Assembly (NCBI GenBank): GCA_951406725.2 | Contig: OX597840.1 | Coordinates: 12,896,001 to 12,960,000 of the forward strand | Origin: Octopus vulgaris | Taxonomy: Eukaryota | Reading direction: 5' to 3' | Length of the DNA stretch: 64,000 bases | Shown here: positions 1 to 14,045 of the stretch, piece after piece | Numbering within the stretch: the stretch's first letter is position 1 | Layout of the letters: each line of letters begins with the position of its first letter | Program-made: the position numbers and the translations under genes | The notes under the pieces: model-generated | What the model was told of the DNA's origin: nothing | Seen by the model: only the letters and a program-made list of their open reading frames with translations | Database searches by the model: none

Positions 1-102
1 TCAGTTCCACCATATGGCACCTTGGACAGATGCCTCCCATTGTGGCTCTAGGCTGATCAAAAGTTTGTGAGGTGGATTTCGTTGATGGAAACAGAAAGAA
101 GC

Positions 103-153
<51 letters not shown>

Positions 154-543
154 CGCAGGAGTGGCTGTGTGGTAAGTAGCTTGTCTACCAACCACATGGT
201 TCCGGGTTCAGTCCCACTGCATGGCACCTTGGACAAGTGTCTTCTACTATAGCCTCGAGCTGACCAAAGCCTTGTGAGTGGATTTGGTAGACGGAAACTG
301 AAAGAAGCCCGTTGTATATATGTATATATATATAGGTGTGCGTGTATGTTTGTGTGTCTGTGTTTGTCCCCCTAGCATTGCTTGACAACCGATGCTGGTG
401 TGTTTATGTCCCCGTCACTTAGCGGTAGAATAAGTACTGGGCTTACAAAGAATAAGTCCCGGTGTCGAGTTGCTCGATTAAAGGCGGTGCTCCAGCATGG
501 CCGCAGTCAAATGACTGAAACAAGTAAAAGAGTAAAGGAGAAA

Positions 544-599
<56 letters not shown>

Positions 600-817
600 A
601 ACAATTAGTAGTTTGAAAAAACCAATAATTATTTATGGGTAGATTTCGGTATGTAAATATGTAGGAACTTTTTTTCAAAAAGTTCTATATATATTGTATA
701 TAAATAAAAAGGGCAGGCAACAAGAGTCTTATTTGTAGAAAATAGAAATAAACAGTCTTTGACTGCTATTTCTAATTTTTCAGTATGTGGCTAAGCAACC
801 TGTTGCCTGCCCCTTTT
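1..817 (+). repeat. Copy 1 of a near-identical local duplication (partner 1647-2443); probably extends left of the window
   Basis: 1-817 aligns to 1647-2443 with few substitutions apart from (TA)n length; both copies share the same internal SINE deletion (ttagcggt^agaataag). Confidence 0.9.
151..540 (+). mobile_element. tRNA-derived SINE family A (~400 bp, internal TA/TG microsatellite, gtaaaaga tail)
   Basis: Head aggcgcaggagtggctgtgtggtaag (A-box-like) and gggttcagtccc (B-box-like); more than 10 related copies in the window. Confidence 0.9.
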
Positions 818-1646
818 ACAAGATATATATATATATATATACCAACTACAACATTGTAACGGATAGGAACATACACACATATATATACACTCCTATACAT
901 TTAGTCATGTACATATACATATACACACACATACACACATACATGCACGCATACACACACACTAGCCATAAATACATCCACACACACACACATTCACACA
1001 TACATGCTGCCACGTACATCCAAACATATATGCATGCACATACATCCCCATATATATACATACACATATACACTTTATACAGACATCCACACACACACTC
1101 ACACACATGCAAACACATACATTTGCATACATACACACACACATACATATGCAAGCACATATATCTACACACATATATACACTCACATGCATACAAATAC
1201 TCACACAACCCCTATAACACATGCACACACATATGTATACTGTCACATCAACATATACACCCATAGATAGTCACATGTACACACACACACACATACACAC
1301 ACATACACACACATAAACATACACACACATGCACACTCACGCATGACTGTTATGTAAGCATCAGTTCCTTATAGATCCGTATTGACCAACCAATAAACAG
1401 TGGAGTGTTCAATAATCAATCACTTGTCTACAGTTGCTGCTACTATCACTTACACCGCTACCCTTGTTGCAGTCGTTTAACACCAGGTCAGTCCTGATGC
1501 AGTGGTCCTATGATTAGCGGCGTTCCAACCATGATCATCCAAACCCATATTCATGTCTCATCATGCATTAAACATGCTTGGACACTAAAGAGGAAGGAGT
1601 GGCTGTGTGAGTAAGATGTTCAGTTTCGATCTCCATGGTTAGGAGT

Positions 1647-1748
1647 TCAGTTCCACCATATGGCACCTTGGACAGATGCCTCCCATTGTGGCTCTAGGCT
1701 GATCAAAAGTTTGTGAGGTGGATTTCGTTGATGGAAACAGAAAGAAGC

Positions 1749-1785
<37 letters not shown>

Positions 1786-2443
1786 CGCAGGAGTGGCTGT
1801 GTGGTAAGTAGCTTGTTTACCAACCACATGGTTCCGGGTTCAGTCCCACTGCGTGGCACCTTGGACAAGTGTCTTCTACTATAGCCTCGAGCTGACCAAA
1901 GCCTTGTGAGTGGATTTGGTAGACGGAAACTGAAAGAAGCCCGTTGTATATATGTATATATATATAGGTGTGCGTGTATGTTTGTGTGTCTGTGTTTGTC
2001 CCCCTAGCATTGCTTGACAACCGATGCTGGTGTGTTTATGTCCCCGTCACTTAGCGGTAGAATAAGTACTGGGCTTACAAAGAATAAGTCCCGGTGTCGA
2101 GTTGCTCGATTAAAGGCGGTGCTCCAGCATGGCCGCAGTCAAATGACTGAAACAAGTAAAAGAGTAAAGGAGAAAGTGTATATATATATATATATATATA
2201 ATATAATATATAATATAAGGGTAAACAATTAGTAGTTTGAAAAAACCAATAATTATTTATGGGTAGATTTCGGTATGTAAATATGTAGGAACTTTTTTTC
2301 AAAAAGTTCTATATATATTGTATATAAATAAAAAGGGGCAGGCAACAAGAGTCTTATTTGTAGAAAATAGAAATAAACAGTCTTTGACTGCTATTTCTAA
2401 TTTTTCAGTATGTGGCTAAGCAACCTGTTGCCTGCCCCTTTTA
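1647..2443 (+). repeat. Copy 2 of the local duplication, containing SINE A at 1783-2172
   Basis: Near-identical to 1-817. Confidence 0.9.
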
Positions 2444-2445
2444 TA

Positions 2446-2479
<34 letters not shown>

Positions 2480-2481
<2 letters not shown>

Positions 2482-2690
2482 ATTAGCATGATAATCTAAC
2501 ACATCTTGCTCGTGGTGGGGAGTGTCAACTCTCCTGTCAATGTGAAGGGACCATGTGCTTTTTGTGGCTAAGGAGTCTATGACTCCTATTTTTAGCAATG
2601 CTGGTGCTCTCCGCACCCTTGTCACTCTTAGTGAGGATGAATTACTTTCTTGTTGGTTTTAAATTGCTAACAGCCACCTTAATTATTTAT
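2480..2690 (-). mobile_element. Possible degenerate Penelope-like RT C-terminal fragment between (TA)n tracts
   Basis: Peptide KIGVIDSLATK resembles the K.GVI..L..RA motif after PLE RT domains; flanked by TA tracts. Confidence 0.3.
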
Positions 2691-2701
2691 TTATAGATAT
2701 A

Positions 2702-2806
<105 letters not shown>

Positions 2807-2818
2807 CATATATATACA

Positions 2819-3520
2819 CATCATCATCATCATCATTTAACATCAGCTTTCCATGCTAGCATGGGTTGGATGATTTCACTGAGGGCTGGCGAACCAGATG
2901 GCTGCACCAGGCTTCAATCTTGATCCGGCAGAGTTTCTACAGCTGGATGCCCTTCCTAACGCCAACCACTCTGAGAGTGTAGTGGGTGCTTTTATATGCC
3001 ACTGGCACGGGGCCAGTGAGGCGGTACTGGCAACGACCACACTCGAATCTTTTACACATGCCACTGGCACAGGTGCCAGTAAGGCGATGCTGGTATCGAT
3101 CACGATCGAATGGTGCCTTTTATGGGCAACTGGCACGGAGGCCAGATAGCCGCTCTGGCAATGATTACACTCGGATGGTGCTCTTAATACCCTACTAGCA
3201 TGGGACTCAAGTGCCAGTGAGGCGATGCTGGAAACGATCACACCCAAATGGTGCATTTTAAGTGCCACTGGCATGGAAGCCGGTTAGCTGCTCTGTCAAT
3301 GATCACCCTCGAATGGTGCTCTTTGCACCCCACTAGCACGAATGCCAGTCATCGAATTTGATTTTGATTTTGATTTCACTTGCCTCAACAGGTCTTTGCA
3401 AGCAGAGTTTTAGTGTCCAAAGAAGGAAAAGGTACGCATAAGTGGGCTGGTTACACCCCTGGCATGGGCCACAAGATTATGGTCTCATTTGGCTTGCCGG
3501 GTCTTCTCACGCACAGCATA
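2819..3520 (-). mobile_element. RTE-related retroelement 3' region with internal ~60-bp repeats and (GAT)n tail
   Basis: Reverse complement of the family end (ttaggaagggcatccagctgtagaaac...ccaacccatgctagcatggaaag...gatgat); other copies at 26027, 33440, 35733, 54797. Confidence 0.8.
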
Positions 3521-3553
3521 TTTCCATAAATATATATACATATATATATATAC

Positions 3554-3610
<57 letters not shown>

Positions 3611-3644
3611 TTAGAGACAAAACCACTATATATATATATATGTG

Positions 3645-3689
<45 letters not shown>

Positions 3690-3690
3690 A

Positions 3691-4035
3691 TAAATATTAG
3701 GGAATAAATCCAAATTTACAGGGAAAAATCAGATTTAGGATTGAATCCAATTTTATAGTAAAATATAATATAATATTAATTAGAGACAAAACCACTATTA
3801 TGCAAATCAAACAAAGAAAGACTTAATCTGATACATAAAAAATTTATATAAATTAAATAAAATTAATTTTATTTAATTTATATAAATTTTTTATGAATTG
3901 GATTAAGTCTTTTTTTGTTTGATTTGCATAATAGTGGTTTTGTCTCTAATTAATATTATATTATATTTTACTATAAAATTGGATTCAATCCTAAATCTGA
4001 TTTTTCCCTGTAAATTTGGATTTATTCCCTAATAT

Positions 4036-4038
<3 letters not shown>
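3691..4038. repeat. Near-perfect 348-bp palindrome (fold-back element) between (TA)n tracts
   Basis: Arms mirror around 3864/3865 (aaaatt|aatttt) with only a few mismatches and no spacer. Confidence 0.95.
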
Positions 4039-4114
<76 letters not shown>

Positions 4115-4264
4115 TATATACATACATATATATACACATATATATGTGTGTATATATTTATATATATATATACATATATATATATATACGTACATATATA
4201 TATACGCGTACATATATACATATACACATACATATATATACACATATATATGTGTGTATATATT

Positions 4265-4313
<49 letters not shown>

Positions 4314-4361
4314 ATATATATACATAAACAAATGTATATATATATACATATATATATATGT

Positions 4362-4950
4362 GTACGCCACCAGTGCAGAAGGAATATAAGAGACGCCATT
4401 CAATATAGCCATGCTTGCATTGGACACTTTGCAACAAGTATGGACTTGACAGAGGAAAAAAGTGGTACGACCACAAACCTGAAGGCATTGTTGAAAATAA
4501 AAATGCAAAGATCCTATGGGATTTTATGATTCAGTTCGACCACGAGACAGAGAATAGGAAATCAGATGTAGTGTTGTGAAAGAAAGCAAACAATGCTGGA
4601 TCATAGATATAGCATGCCCAGCAGACAACAAGGTATGCAATAAGGAAGAAAGAAAAGTCGAGAGATATGACAGGTTAGTTTGGGAAGTTAAGCAGTTGTG
4701 GTTGATGAAAAAGGTAGCAGTAGTACCATTAATTGACGGAGCCCTGGGAACAATGAGCAAAAATCTCGAGAAGTATGTGGAACAAATAGGGGCTGCAATA
4801 AGGGTGGAGCACTTGCAGAGAACATCACTGCTTGGAACCGCTCGAATACTCTGGAAGGTGCTCAAAAAATAAGGGATGTTACCTTACTTCAATGGTAGTG
4901 AACAACTGACACTGTAGTACATCTCCAGCATTAGAAGCTGTGCAAAGGCA
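4362..4950 (+). mobile_element. R4/Dong-clade non-LTR retrotransposon 3' fragment (restriction-like endonuclease domain), degenerate
   Basis: ORF 4576-4872: CWIIDIACPADNKV..KEERKVERY..L...VKQLW....VVPLI.GALG...LLGTARIL; followed by (ACA)/(CTA)n. Confidence 0.85.
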
Positions 4951-4956
4951 ACAACA

Positions 4957-5021
<65 letters not shown>

Positions 5022-5759
5022 ACAACAACAACAACAACAACAACAACAACTACAACAACAACAACAACAATAGTAATAATAATCAAAACAAGAGCACTCA
5101 GAGAGTGCAAACCTCTGCCAAGGCAACACCAATATCCTCTCAATGATTAACCAGACGAAATACGGCTATGCATTTCGCCTGGCGTGCTAACGATTCTGCC
5201 AGCTCGCCACCGTATGTATCTATCTACCTATCTGCCTATCTAACTACCTACCAATGTATCTATCTGTTTACCTATATATCTCTACCTACCCATCTATTTA
5301 CCAACTTAATTGCCAATTAGGCATATATATATATATATGTGTGTGTGTGAATGTATATGTGTGTATCTATGTGTCTGTCTCTGTGCATATGTTTGTCCCT
5401 CACTAACAATTGGTGTTGGTTTGTTTATGTCCTTGTTACTGATGTTGGCAAAAGACACCAATAAAAAATGTACCAGTTTTTAAAAAAATATAAGTCCTGC
5501 GGTCAGTGCTCTAGCATGGCCACAGTCCAATAATTGAAATAAGTAAAAAATAGATAAGAGAAAGACAGAAATGACAGGCTTCCGCATAGTTTCCATCCAA
5601 CAGATCCACTCCCAAGGCTTTGGGTGGGCTGGAGCTATAGTAGAAGACAATTTATTGAGGTGCTTCACAGTGGGACTGAACCTACAACCATGTAGTTTGC
5701 TTGTAAACGTCTTACCATATTGCCACGTTTGTGCTTATGTTTTCCGGATTATAAAAGAA

Positions 5760-6358
5760 CTTGCAGACATTCTCCTCTCCTCTTTCTCTCCTTCTACGTT
5801 GCTCAACACCAAGACCACCACCACCACCACCACTATCACCACCACCACCACCACCACCACCACCACCACCACTACCACCACTATCACCACCACCACCATC
5901 ACCACCAAGAAGACCACCATCACCCCCACCCTCCCGGGCCACTACCACCACCATCACCAAGACCACCACCACCACCACCTCCACTACCAAGACCAAGACC
6001 ACCCCACCCCCACCCCACCATCATCACTACTCCACCCACCCCACTCCCAAGTACACCACCATCATCACCCCCTGGGCCACCTCCACCACCACTACCAAGA
6101 CCACCACCACTGCCACTACCAAGACAACCACCACTACCACCATCACCACTACCAAGACCATCCCCACCACACCCACTCCACTCCGAAGACCACCACCACC
6201 GCCAGCATCACCAAGACCACCTCCACCAAGACCACCTCCACCACCCCTATCACGAAGACCACCACCATCAAAACCATCCGGCCACCGCCTCCAAGTAAAA
6301 ATTGATTAAGTAATGACCGACAGGGCCAGTGTTATGTGTTGTAGACTCATTTTCTTTC
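5760..6358 (-). pseudogene. Candidate secreted glycine-rich (GGLG/GGDG/GSG) protein exon, frameshifted
   Basis: Acceptor ttctatttgcag, ATG at 6350; with one compensating indel pair reads MSLQHITLALSVITLINFYLEAVA then DGFDGGGLRDRGGGGGLGGGGLGDAGG...; several further indels. Confidence 0.4.
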
Positions 6359-7120
6359 TGCAAATAGAATCGCAAGAATATCTAACAGACCATTGTTTGT
6401 TGTTGCCAAAAGGGGGTTTATTTTCCGATGGGGCAGAAGTGAGGGGGAGGCGGAGCGGGGGTGAGGAAGGAGCTGTTTCTTCCTTCTTTCTTGTATCTTT
6501 GTTCTTCGGTTTTATGTTTTATTTCGAAAATAATTTTTGTTGTTTTTGTTGTTTTTCTTTTGTTTTTCATATTTCTGGTGTGGTTTTTTTTATTGGTTTT
6601 AGTTTTGTTTTCTTGAGTATTTTTTCTTCTTTTTTGTTTTTCTTTGTGTTTCTTTTTTGTTTTTTTTTTGACTATCTATTTTATTGATTCGTATAAAATA
6701 ATATTGACAGTATAATGTAATATCTTTGCAGTGTTGTTTATCATACATTCATGCATAAGTACACCTACATACATACATAGGTATACACATACACACACAC
6801 ACACATGTATAATATATACATGTGTGTGTGTGTGTATATGTATATATGCATATATGTTAATATATAAAGAGAAAGAGAATAAGAAAGAGGGAGAATGTAT
6901 ATGACAACAAATAATGTAGATTATATATAGAATAATATACACACATATATATATATATATACATACATATGCATATATATATGCATGTGTGTGTATGTAT
7001 GCATATATATATATATACATATTATATTTACATATATATATATATACACATATATATATAGTTACGTTTATATGCATAGTTATATAATATAAACATAACA
7101 CATGCGTGCACATACATACA

Positions 7121-7221
<101 letters not shown>

Positions 7222-7300
7222 TATACATATATATACATATATATATACACATATATATACATACATATATATATATATACACATACATATATATATATAC

Positions 7301-7343
<43 letters not shown>

Positions 7344-7424
7344 TATATGATATATACATATATGTATGTGTATATATAATATGTGTGTATGTATATGCAC
7401 ACAAACATATACATATATATATAT

Positions 7425-7457
<33 letters not shown>

Positions 7458-7661
7458 GTGTATATATATATGCATGTATGTGTGTAATCTGATATATGCA
7501 TTTGAGTGTGTATCTGTGTGTGCATGTTTGTGTGTGTGTATGTGTTTGTAAATGTGTGAGGCTATCTTCCCAAGCACAAACTCTTTTCTCCATTTGTCCA
7601 TCTATTGTAAGCCACAATACCAATAGATATGACAGACTTAGGGTGAATGCTGTTGGCTTTT

Positions 7662-9255
7662 AACAAACCAAGCCACTAACCTATATTGCCGAGAGGCAAA
7701 GCTTGATGTCAGCCCTAATCAAAGACATGCCAGCCATGACCATCCCACCTTTACAGACTGTCTTGGATAACATTATCTAATAGATCTATCGAAATACTTT
7801 TTTTTTACAATTGTAGAGTGTGATAAGAGGGAAAATTTCGCTGCTATTTTTAGCATATTGAATGACTATAAAAAACCAACTTGTTAGTAATTGAATAATT
7901 GCTGTTTTTGCCCTTCACCTGACCTGGTCAAGGTAAACATGTTGAAAAGCTTTCCATTTATGGCCATCATGTTACTTATTCAGATTTATTACATTTTATC
8001 AAGGCTTATGGTATTTGAACAATCTTCCTCTTTAAAGGCAGTCAAGTAGGACTCGAGGGAGATTTGGTTGTTTTTTATAGCATAGTATTGCGTTGTCCGG
8101 AAAGTTCGTGCCGATTTTTAAAGGAAAGAAAAAGGTCAATAAATACCTATCATTACATTTTTAATCAACCAAATATGAACCATTTTGTTGCACAATGTGT
8201 CTCCATCTTTCCTTTAACTTGAAAATACCCTCTTCCCAGAATTCAGGTGGTTTCATGGCAAAGAATTCATCAAGGTATCATTTAAGTCATCCAAGGAATT
8301 GAAATTTTCACCATTAAGACTATTCTGCAGAGACCTGAATTAGAGGAAATCCGAAGGAGCAATATCTGGTGAATATGGAGGGTGGGGTAACACATCCCAG
8401 CCGAGCTGCAGCAATTTTTGTCTGGTTCCCAAAGCATCAAGTGCCGAAAATGAACTTTCTTATTTTCCATTTTAAAGGGTTACAGAATTAACACAGGTTA
8501 TAGTAACATAAACCTTCTTCCACGAAAAGATAGCTTAAACTGTGCTCTAAATGGAGGTGTAGTCAAATCCTATTTTATGGACTCAACCACGTTCTAAAAT
8601 AAGTCGAAAGGTAAGCTACTATAAATCGGCATGAACTTTCCAGACAACCCAATAGTTCTTTCATTGTCTGTGTGTATTGACTTTTCAGAAAAACGTGTTT
8701 GTTTCTTACAAACGTTTTTTGAATAACATGAAAAATATTTTTATCCTAGTGTTTTATGAGGTTTTTGTAGCTCAATTCTTCTACAGCAACTTTTGTTTAT
8801 TGTTTTTATAAATCTGAATAAATTTTACTGCTTTTCAAACAGAAAACAGTAGAATAACAAGTTGAAAAATAAAAAATAAAAACTGAGTATTTTTGACACC
8901 TGCATCTCTTGCTTTCAGTCAACGTTCCAAAGCTGTCAATAAGTTACATGATGGTCATGACTAGAAAGATTTTCAACGTTTACCTTGATCAGGTCAGATG
9001 AAGGGCCAAAAAGCAACTATTCAGTCACTAACAAGGTGGGGTTTTTTTTACAGTCATTCAATATGCTAAAAATTGCAGCAAAATTTTCCCTCATATCACA
9101 CTCTAAAATTAAAAAAAAAAGAATTTCAATAAATCTATTGGATAATGTTATCCAAGACTGTCTATAAAGGTGGGATGGTCATGGCTAGCATGCCATTGAT
9201 TAAGGCTGACATCAAGCTTAGCCTCTCAGCAATATGGGTTAGTGGTTTGGTTTAT
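7662..9255. repeat. ~320-bp diverged inverted repeat pair (7662-7982 / 8938-9255)
   Basis: e.g. ccactaacctatattgccgagaggcaaagcttgatgtcagcc versus ggctgacatcaagcttagcctctcagcaatatgggttagtgg. Confidence 0.85.
8088..8652 (-). mobile_element. Internally deleted mariner transposon with both TIRs
   Basis: TIR ttgcgttgtccggaaagttcgtgccgattt / aaatcggcatgaactttccagacaacccaa, TA on both flanks; N-terminal MENKKVHFRHLMLWE joined to the VLPHPPYSPDIAPSD region. Confidence 0.9.
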
Positions 9256-9905
9256 TGAGATGCTTGTGCTTATATGGAGAAGGTACTATTACCGTAGCAG
9301 CTTCCATGCTCCTAGGAAAGAGAAATGTATATATGTATGTATGTATGTATGTGTGAAGGTGCATGGCTCAGTGGTTAGAGCGTCAAGCTTATATAAGACA
9401 GTGTTGTTAGTTCATACACAACTAGACTCAACAACACTGTCTTAGCATGTTTTTATCTTTCATAAGGATATTATATATATATCTGAATATCTTATGTGAC
9501 ATTCACTCCATCAAGACTTCTGTAACAATGTAATATTTTTCTGATGTATTCTTTTTTTGCGCTGAGGAGAACAGTAATATGCAATTAATTTAATTATAAT
9601 TAATTTAATTTCTAATTTCTTTACCATGTTATTTACATATTAATATTACCATTCAAAACGATCACAAGCATGGACTAAATTCTTTTTAAATGTTTTAACC
9701 CCTTTTCTTCTCCATCCTTAATTGCTTTTTGAGCTTCCATAAGATATGTGTTCTATAAATGCTCATAACATACCTTGTACTTGTAGCATTTTCATATGCG
9801 GAAAATTCTTACAACAGTAAGCTACCAATGTAATATGAAGAATCTTTATTAGAAATCGGCCTTTGGAACCCACCAGAGTAAAGAATGAAATAGAACTCAA
9901 CCTTT

Positions 9906-9939
<34 letters not shown>

Positions 9940-10089
9940 GCATCTATATGACAGGTTTCTTTCAGTTTCTGTCTACCAAATCCACTCACAAGGCTTTGGT
10001 TGGTCTGAGGCTATAGTAGAAGACACTTGCCCAAGGTGCCACACAGTGGGACTGAACCCGGGACCATGTGGTTGCAAAGCAGTCTTCTT

Positions 10090-10318
10090 ATTTCTTTATT
10101 GCCAACAAGGGGCTAAATATAGAGGGGACAAACAAGGACAGACAAGAGAGTAAGTTGATTACATCAACCCCAGTGCATAACTGGTACTTAATTTATTGGA
10201 CCTGAAAGGATGAAACGCAAAGCCAATCCCAGCGGAATTTGAACTCAGTACGTAACGGCAGACAAAATACCACTAAGCATTTCGCCAGGCATGCTAACAA
10301 TTCTGCCAGCTCACTGGC
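10090..10318 (-). mobile_element. tRNA-derived SINE family B (Meta-domain-like core)
   Basis: Family consensus gagctggcagaat...gagttcaaattcc...gcctttcatcctttcggggtcgataaattaagtaccag in reverse. Confidence 0.8.
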
Positions 10319-10808
10319 ACATAGCTACATGGTCACTCCAGTATATATATATTCCAAAAAATGGTTAAGGGGGATATATAACCTTGTGGATACCATGCTT
10401 GTTCTTATTGGTCAACAATGCTGGCCAACCTCAGTGAAGGTAGATAATTCCCAGTTAGTTAAATTTACTATCTTTTATCTTTATCTTTTATCTTTTATCT
10501 TTTATCTTTTACTTGCTTCAGTCATTTGACTGCGGCCATGCTGGAACACCACCTTTAGTCGAGCAAATCGACCCCGGGACTTATTCTATGTAAGCCCAGT
10601 ACTTATTCTATCGGTCTCTTTTGCCGAACCGCTGAGTGACGGGGACGTAAACACACCAGCATCGGTTGTCAAGCAATGCTAGGGGGACAAACACACAAAC
10701 ACACACACACATATATATATACATATATACGACAGGCTTGGTTGATCCTCACTTTGGTAAATCCAAATGCTTTTATAAAGACTGCATAGTGTAGGTAGAG
10801 ATGAAATG

Positions 10809-10962
10809 ATAAATTAATAAATATCAGGAGAACGGAGATTTGACACATCCAAGATTTATTGTACAGTTAATCACATTTTTCGTTATAAAGAAAGATCTGA
10901 TTAACTGCTTAATAAATCTTGGATGTGTTAAGCCTCTGCTCTCCTCATATTTATTAATTTAT
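10809..10962. repeat. Imperfect fold-back hairpin with ~70-bp arms
   Basis: ataaattaataaatatcaggag...acacatccaagatttatt versus aataaatcttggatgtgt...ctcctcatatttattaatttat. Confidence 0.8.
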
Positions 10963-10964
10963 AT

Positions 10965-11378
10965 ATACTCTTTTACTTGTTTCAGTCATTTAACTGTGGC
11001 CATGCTGGAGCACTGCCTTTAATCGAGCAACTCGGTCCCAGGACTTATTCTTAAGCATGTATAAGTAAGCCCAGTACTTATTCTATCGGTCTCTTTTGCT
11101 GAACCACTAAGTGACGGGGACATAAGCACACCAGCATCAGTTGTCAAGCAATGCTAGGGGAACAAACACAGACACACAAACATACACACACATATATATA
11201 TATAAACATATATACGATGGGCTTCTTTCCGTTTCCGTCTACCAAATCCACTCACAAGGCTTTGGTCAGCCCGAGGCTATAGTAGAAGACACTTGCCCAA
11301 GGTGCCACGCAGTGGGACTGAACCTGGAACCATGTGGTTGGTAAGCAAGCTACTTACCACACAGCCACTCCTGCGCCT
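10965..11378 (-). mobile_element. SINE family A, full length
   Basis: Reverse complement of the family consensus, ending cagccactcctgcgcct. Confidence 0.9.
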
Positions 11379-11391
11379 ATAGATATATATA

Positions 11392-11468
<77 letters not shown>

Positions 11469-11965
11469 CCTTGTACTATTTTTTTTTGAGAACTTCTTTT
11501 CATAAATTTTAAAACATCTTGGTCCCCCACTTGAACCGAACCTACCCATAAAGAAATTTCCGCATTCCCTAGACCATTTCTAGTTCACTCTTTTACCTTG
11601 TGGCTCCAAGATGGATGATTCATTCTACGCTTTTGGTATATTGGGCTTCTTGACTTCTTTTCTAGGCCATGTTTTCATTCCTACTCCATCTTCCCTTTGT
11701 TTATACTGGATGCTCTTTTTCTTTTACTCCGATGAAGCTCTGGGACTTAATTCAAATGTCCTATGAAGATGAAGAATTTTATTTTCGCAATTATTTATAG
11801 ACAGTATTTGGCAACAGATGCGGAAATGGCTGAAAGACTTGTTACATCACCTATTCGTTGTGTCATGCTTTGTATTAAAAAATAAGCTATAAATGTGGGC
11901 CAATCGATGCATTTGTCAATCTGAGGTTTTCTCCATTTTCTGATTATTTGTATATATATATATAT

Positions 11966-12135
11966 CCACTACACACATTTTTTCCTCTCCTTGTTTTTTC
12001 TGTGTCCCTTTCTGTAGAAGAGCATAGGCTCGAAATGTAAAAGACTTTTTCTATTCCTCAGCGTTATACTAATACATCTGTTTGTTTTGTACACCATCTG
12101 TCTTCGTCTTTTGTTTTTTTCATAAACTCTCCCTA
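11966..12135 (+). mobile_element. Short TA-flanked repeat carrying a minimal hammerhead-like motif (12008-12043)
   Basis: CTTT-CTGTAGA-A-GAGC-atag-GCTC-GAAA-tgta-AAAG; relatives at 25411, 39377, 22075, 22865 and 63948. Confidence 0.65.
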
Positions 12136-12146
12136 TATATATATAT

Positions 12147-12379
12147 ATTTCTTTATTGCCCACAAGGAGCTAAACATAGAGGAGACAAACAAAGACAGAC
12201 AAAGGGATTAAGTCGATTACATCGACCCCAGTGCATAACTGGTACTTTATTAATCGACCCCGAAAGGATGAAAGGTAAAGTTGACCTTGGTGGAATTTGA
12301 ACTCAGAACGTAACGGCAGACGAAATATGATTATACATTTCGCCCAGCGTGCTAACGATTCTGCCAGCTCGCTGCCTTT

Positions 12380-12380
<1 letters not shown>
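12147..12380 (-). mobile_element. SINE family B, full length
   Basis: Matches the family B consensus in reverse. Confidence 0.85.
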
Positions 12381-12439
<59 letters not shown>

Positions 12440-12965
12440 TAGATATATCGTCATCATCATCATCATCATCATTATTTAACAACTGTTGTCTATGCTGGCA
12501 TGGGTTGGATGGTTTGAATAATCTTTCCATCGTCTTGGCTTAACAACCCTCATCATTTGTTTTTACTGTTTTATTCTCATTGTCCTGTTCTTGTTGCCAC
12601 TTTCACCCTCCGCAAAAAAATCCCAAATTTTATTTAATTTGCTTTGCGGGAAGGACTGTTTCAATGAAGTCGCGTCTTGTCCTTGCCTTCGAAACGTGGA
12701 GTAATTGAAACAGGGACAACTGAAGAAGGGGAATATTCTTTATGTTGTACGTCTCGTTTCTCTGTTTGTTTGTTTCTATGTTTTCGTTTCTCATTGTGTT
12801 CAACGTTTTTTTTTTTTTTATATCCTGTACCCATATATGCATGTATATATACATATATATTTGTAGGTATGTACATATATGCATGTATATATGCATATAT
12901 TTATATATTATTTATATTATCATATGATCGAACACCACACATCCTTCTCCAAGTATATATATATG

Positions 12966-13019
<54 letters not shown>

Positions 13020-13195
13020 AAAAGCACCCATTACACTCTTGGAGTGGTTGGCATTAGGAAGGGCATCAAGCTGTAGAAACCATGCCAAACCTGACTGGAA
13101 CCTGGTGCAGCTCTTTGGCTTACCAGTTCTTGTCAAATTATCTAAATCATGCCAGTATGGAAAACAGATATTGAATGATGAGGGTGATGATATAT

Positions 13196-13235
<40 letters not shown>

Positions 13236-13689
13236 TCATAGAGTGAGAGAGTAAGAGAAAGAGAAAGAGAAAAATTCCTGCCCACGCACATCAACACCAG
13301 AAGAACTCAGAGACACACATCTTGCATCAAACAACATACAGACACACGGACACACACATAATAATACACAACTATTGATGTAGAAAGAAAGAAGAAAACA
13401 AAGAAAACAAGCATAACAATAAGCAAACAGATAACACACACAAAAAAACAGAAAAGAATGAGATTTGATGGTGGTGTATGCAATTAAATTGCAGAAAATA
13501 TATCCTTTCCTTCGTCAAAATTAACCTCGCCATAAACTATAAGAACACTCATCAATCTGAAACTCTGCCATGCTTGGCGCATCTTTCCATGTTTCCTAAT
13601 CTTAAAAGCATCAGCCACTTCTCTGTAAATCAATGCTACAGTGTAAGACAGAGCTTAAATATACATAAATACATACATACATACTAACC

Positions 13690-13751
<62 letters not shown>

Positions 13752-13829
13752 CATATATATATATTTATATATATTCATATATATATACATACATATATAT
13801 ATATATATGCATATATACATATATATATG

Positions 13830-13866
<37 letters not shown>

Positions 13867-13867
13867 G

Positions 13868-13906
<39 letters not shown>

Positions 13907-13988
13907 CATATACATACATATATATATATATATAGATAGATAGATAGATACCCTAACTACCTATATAGTTATAACATACACACACACA

Positions 13989-14045
<57 letters not shown>

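Noticed and set aside
11725-11840. Possible hammerhead (CCGATGA-aGCTCTG...CAGAtGCg-GAAA)
   Set aside because: Core altered; stem III, cleavage triplet and stem I not intact; at best a decayed relic
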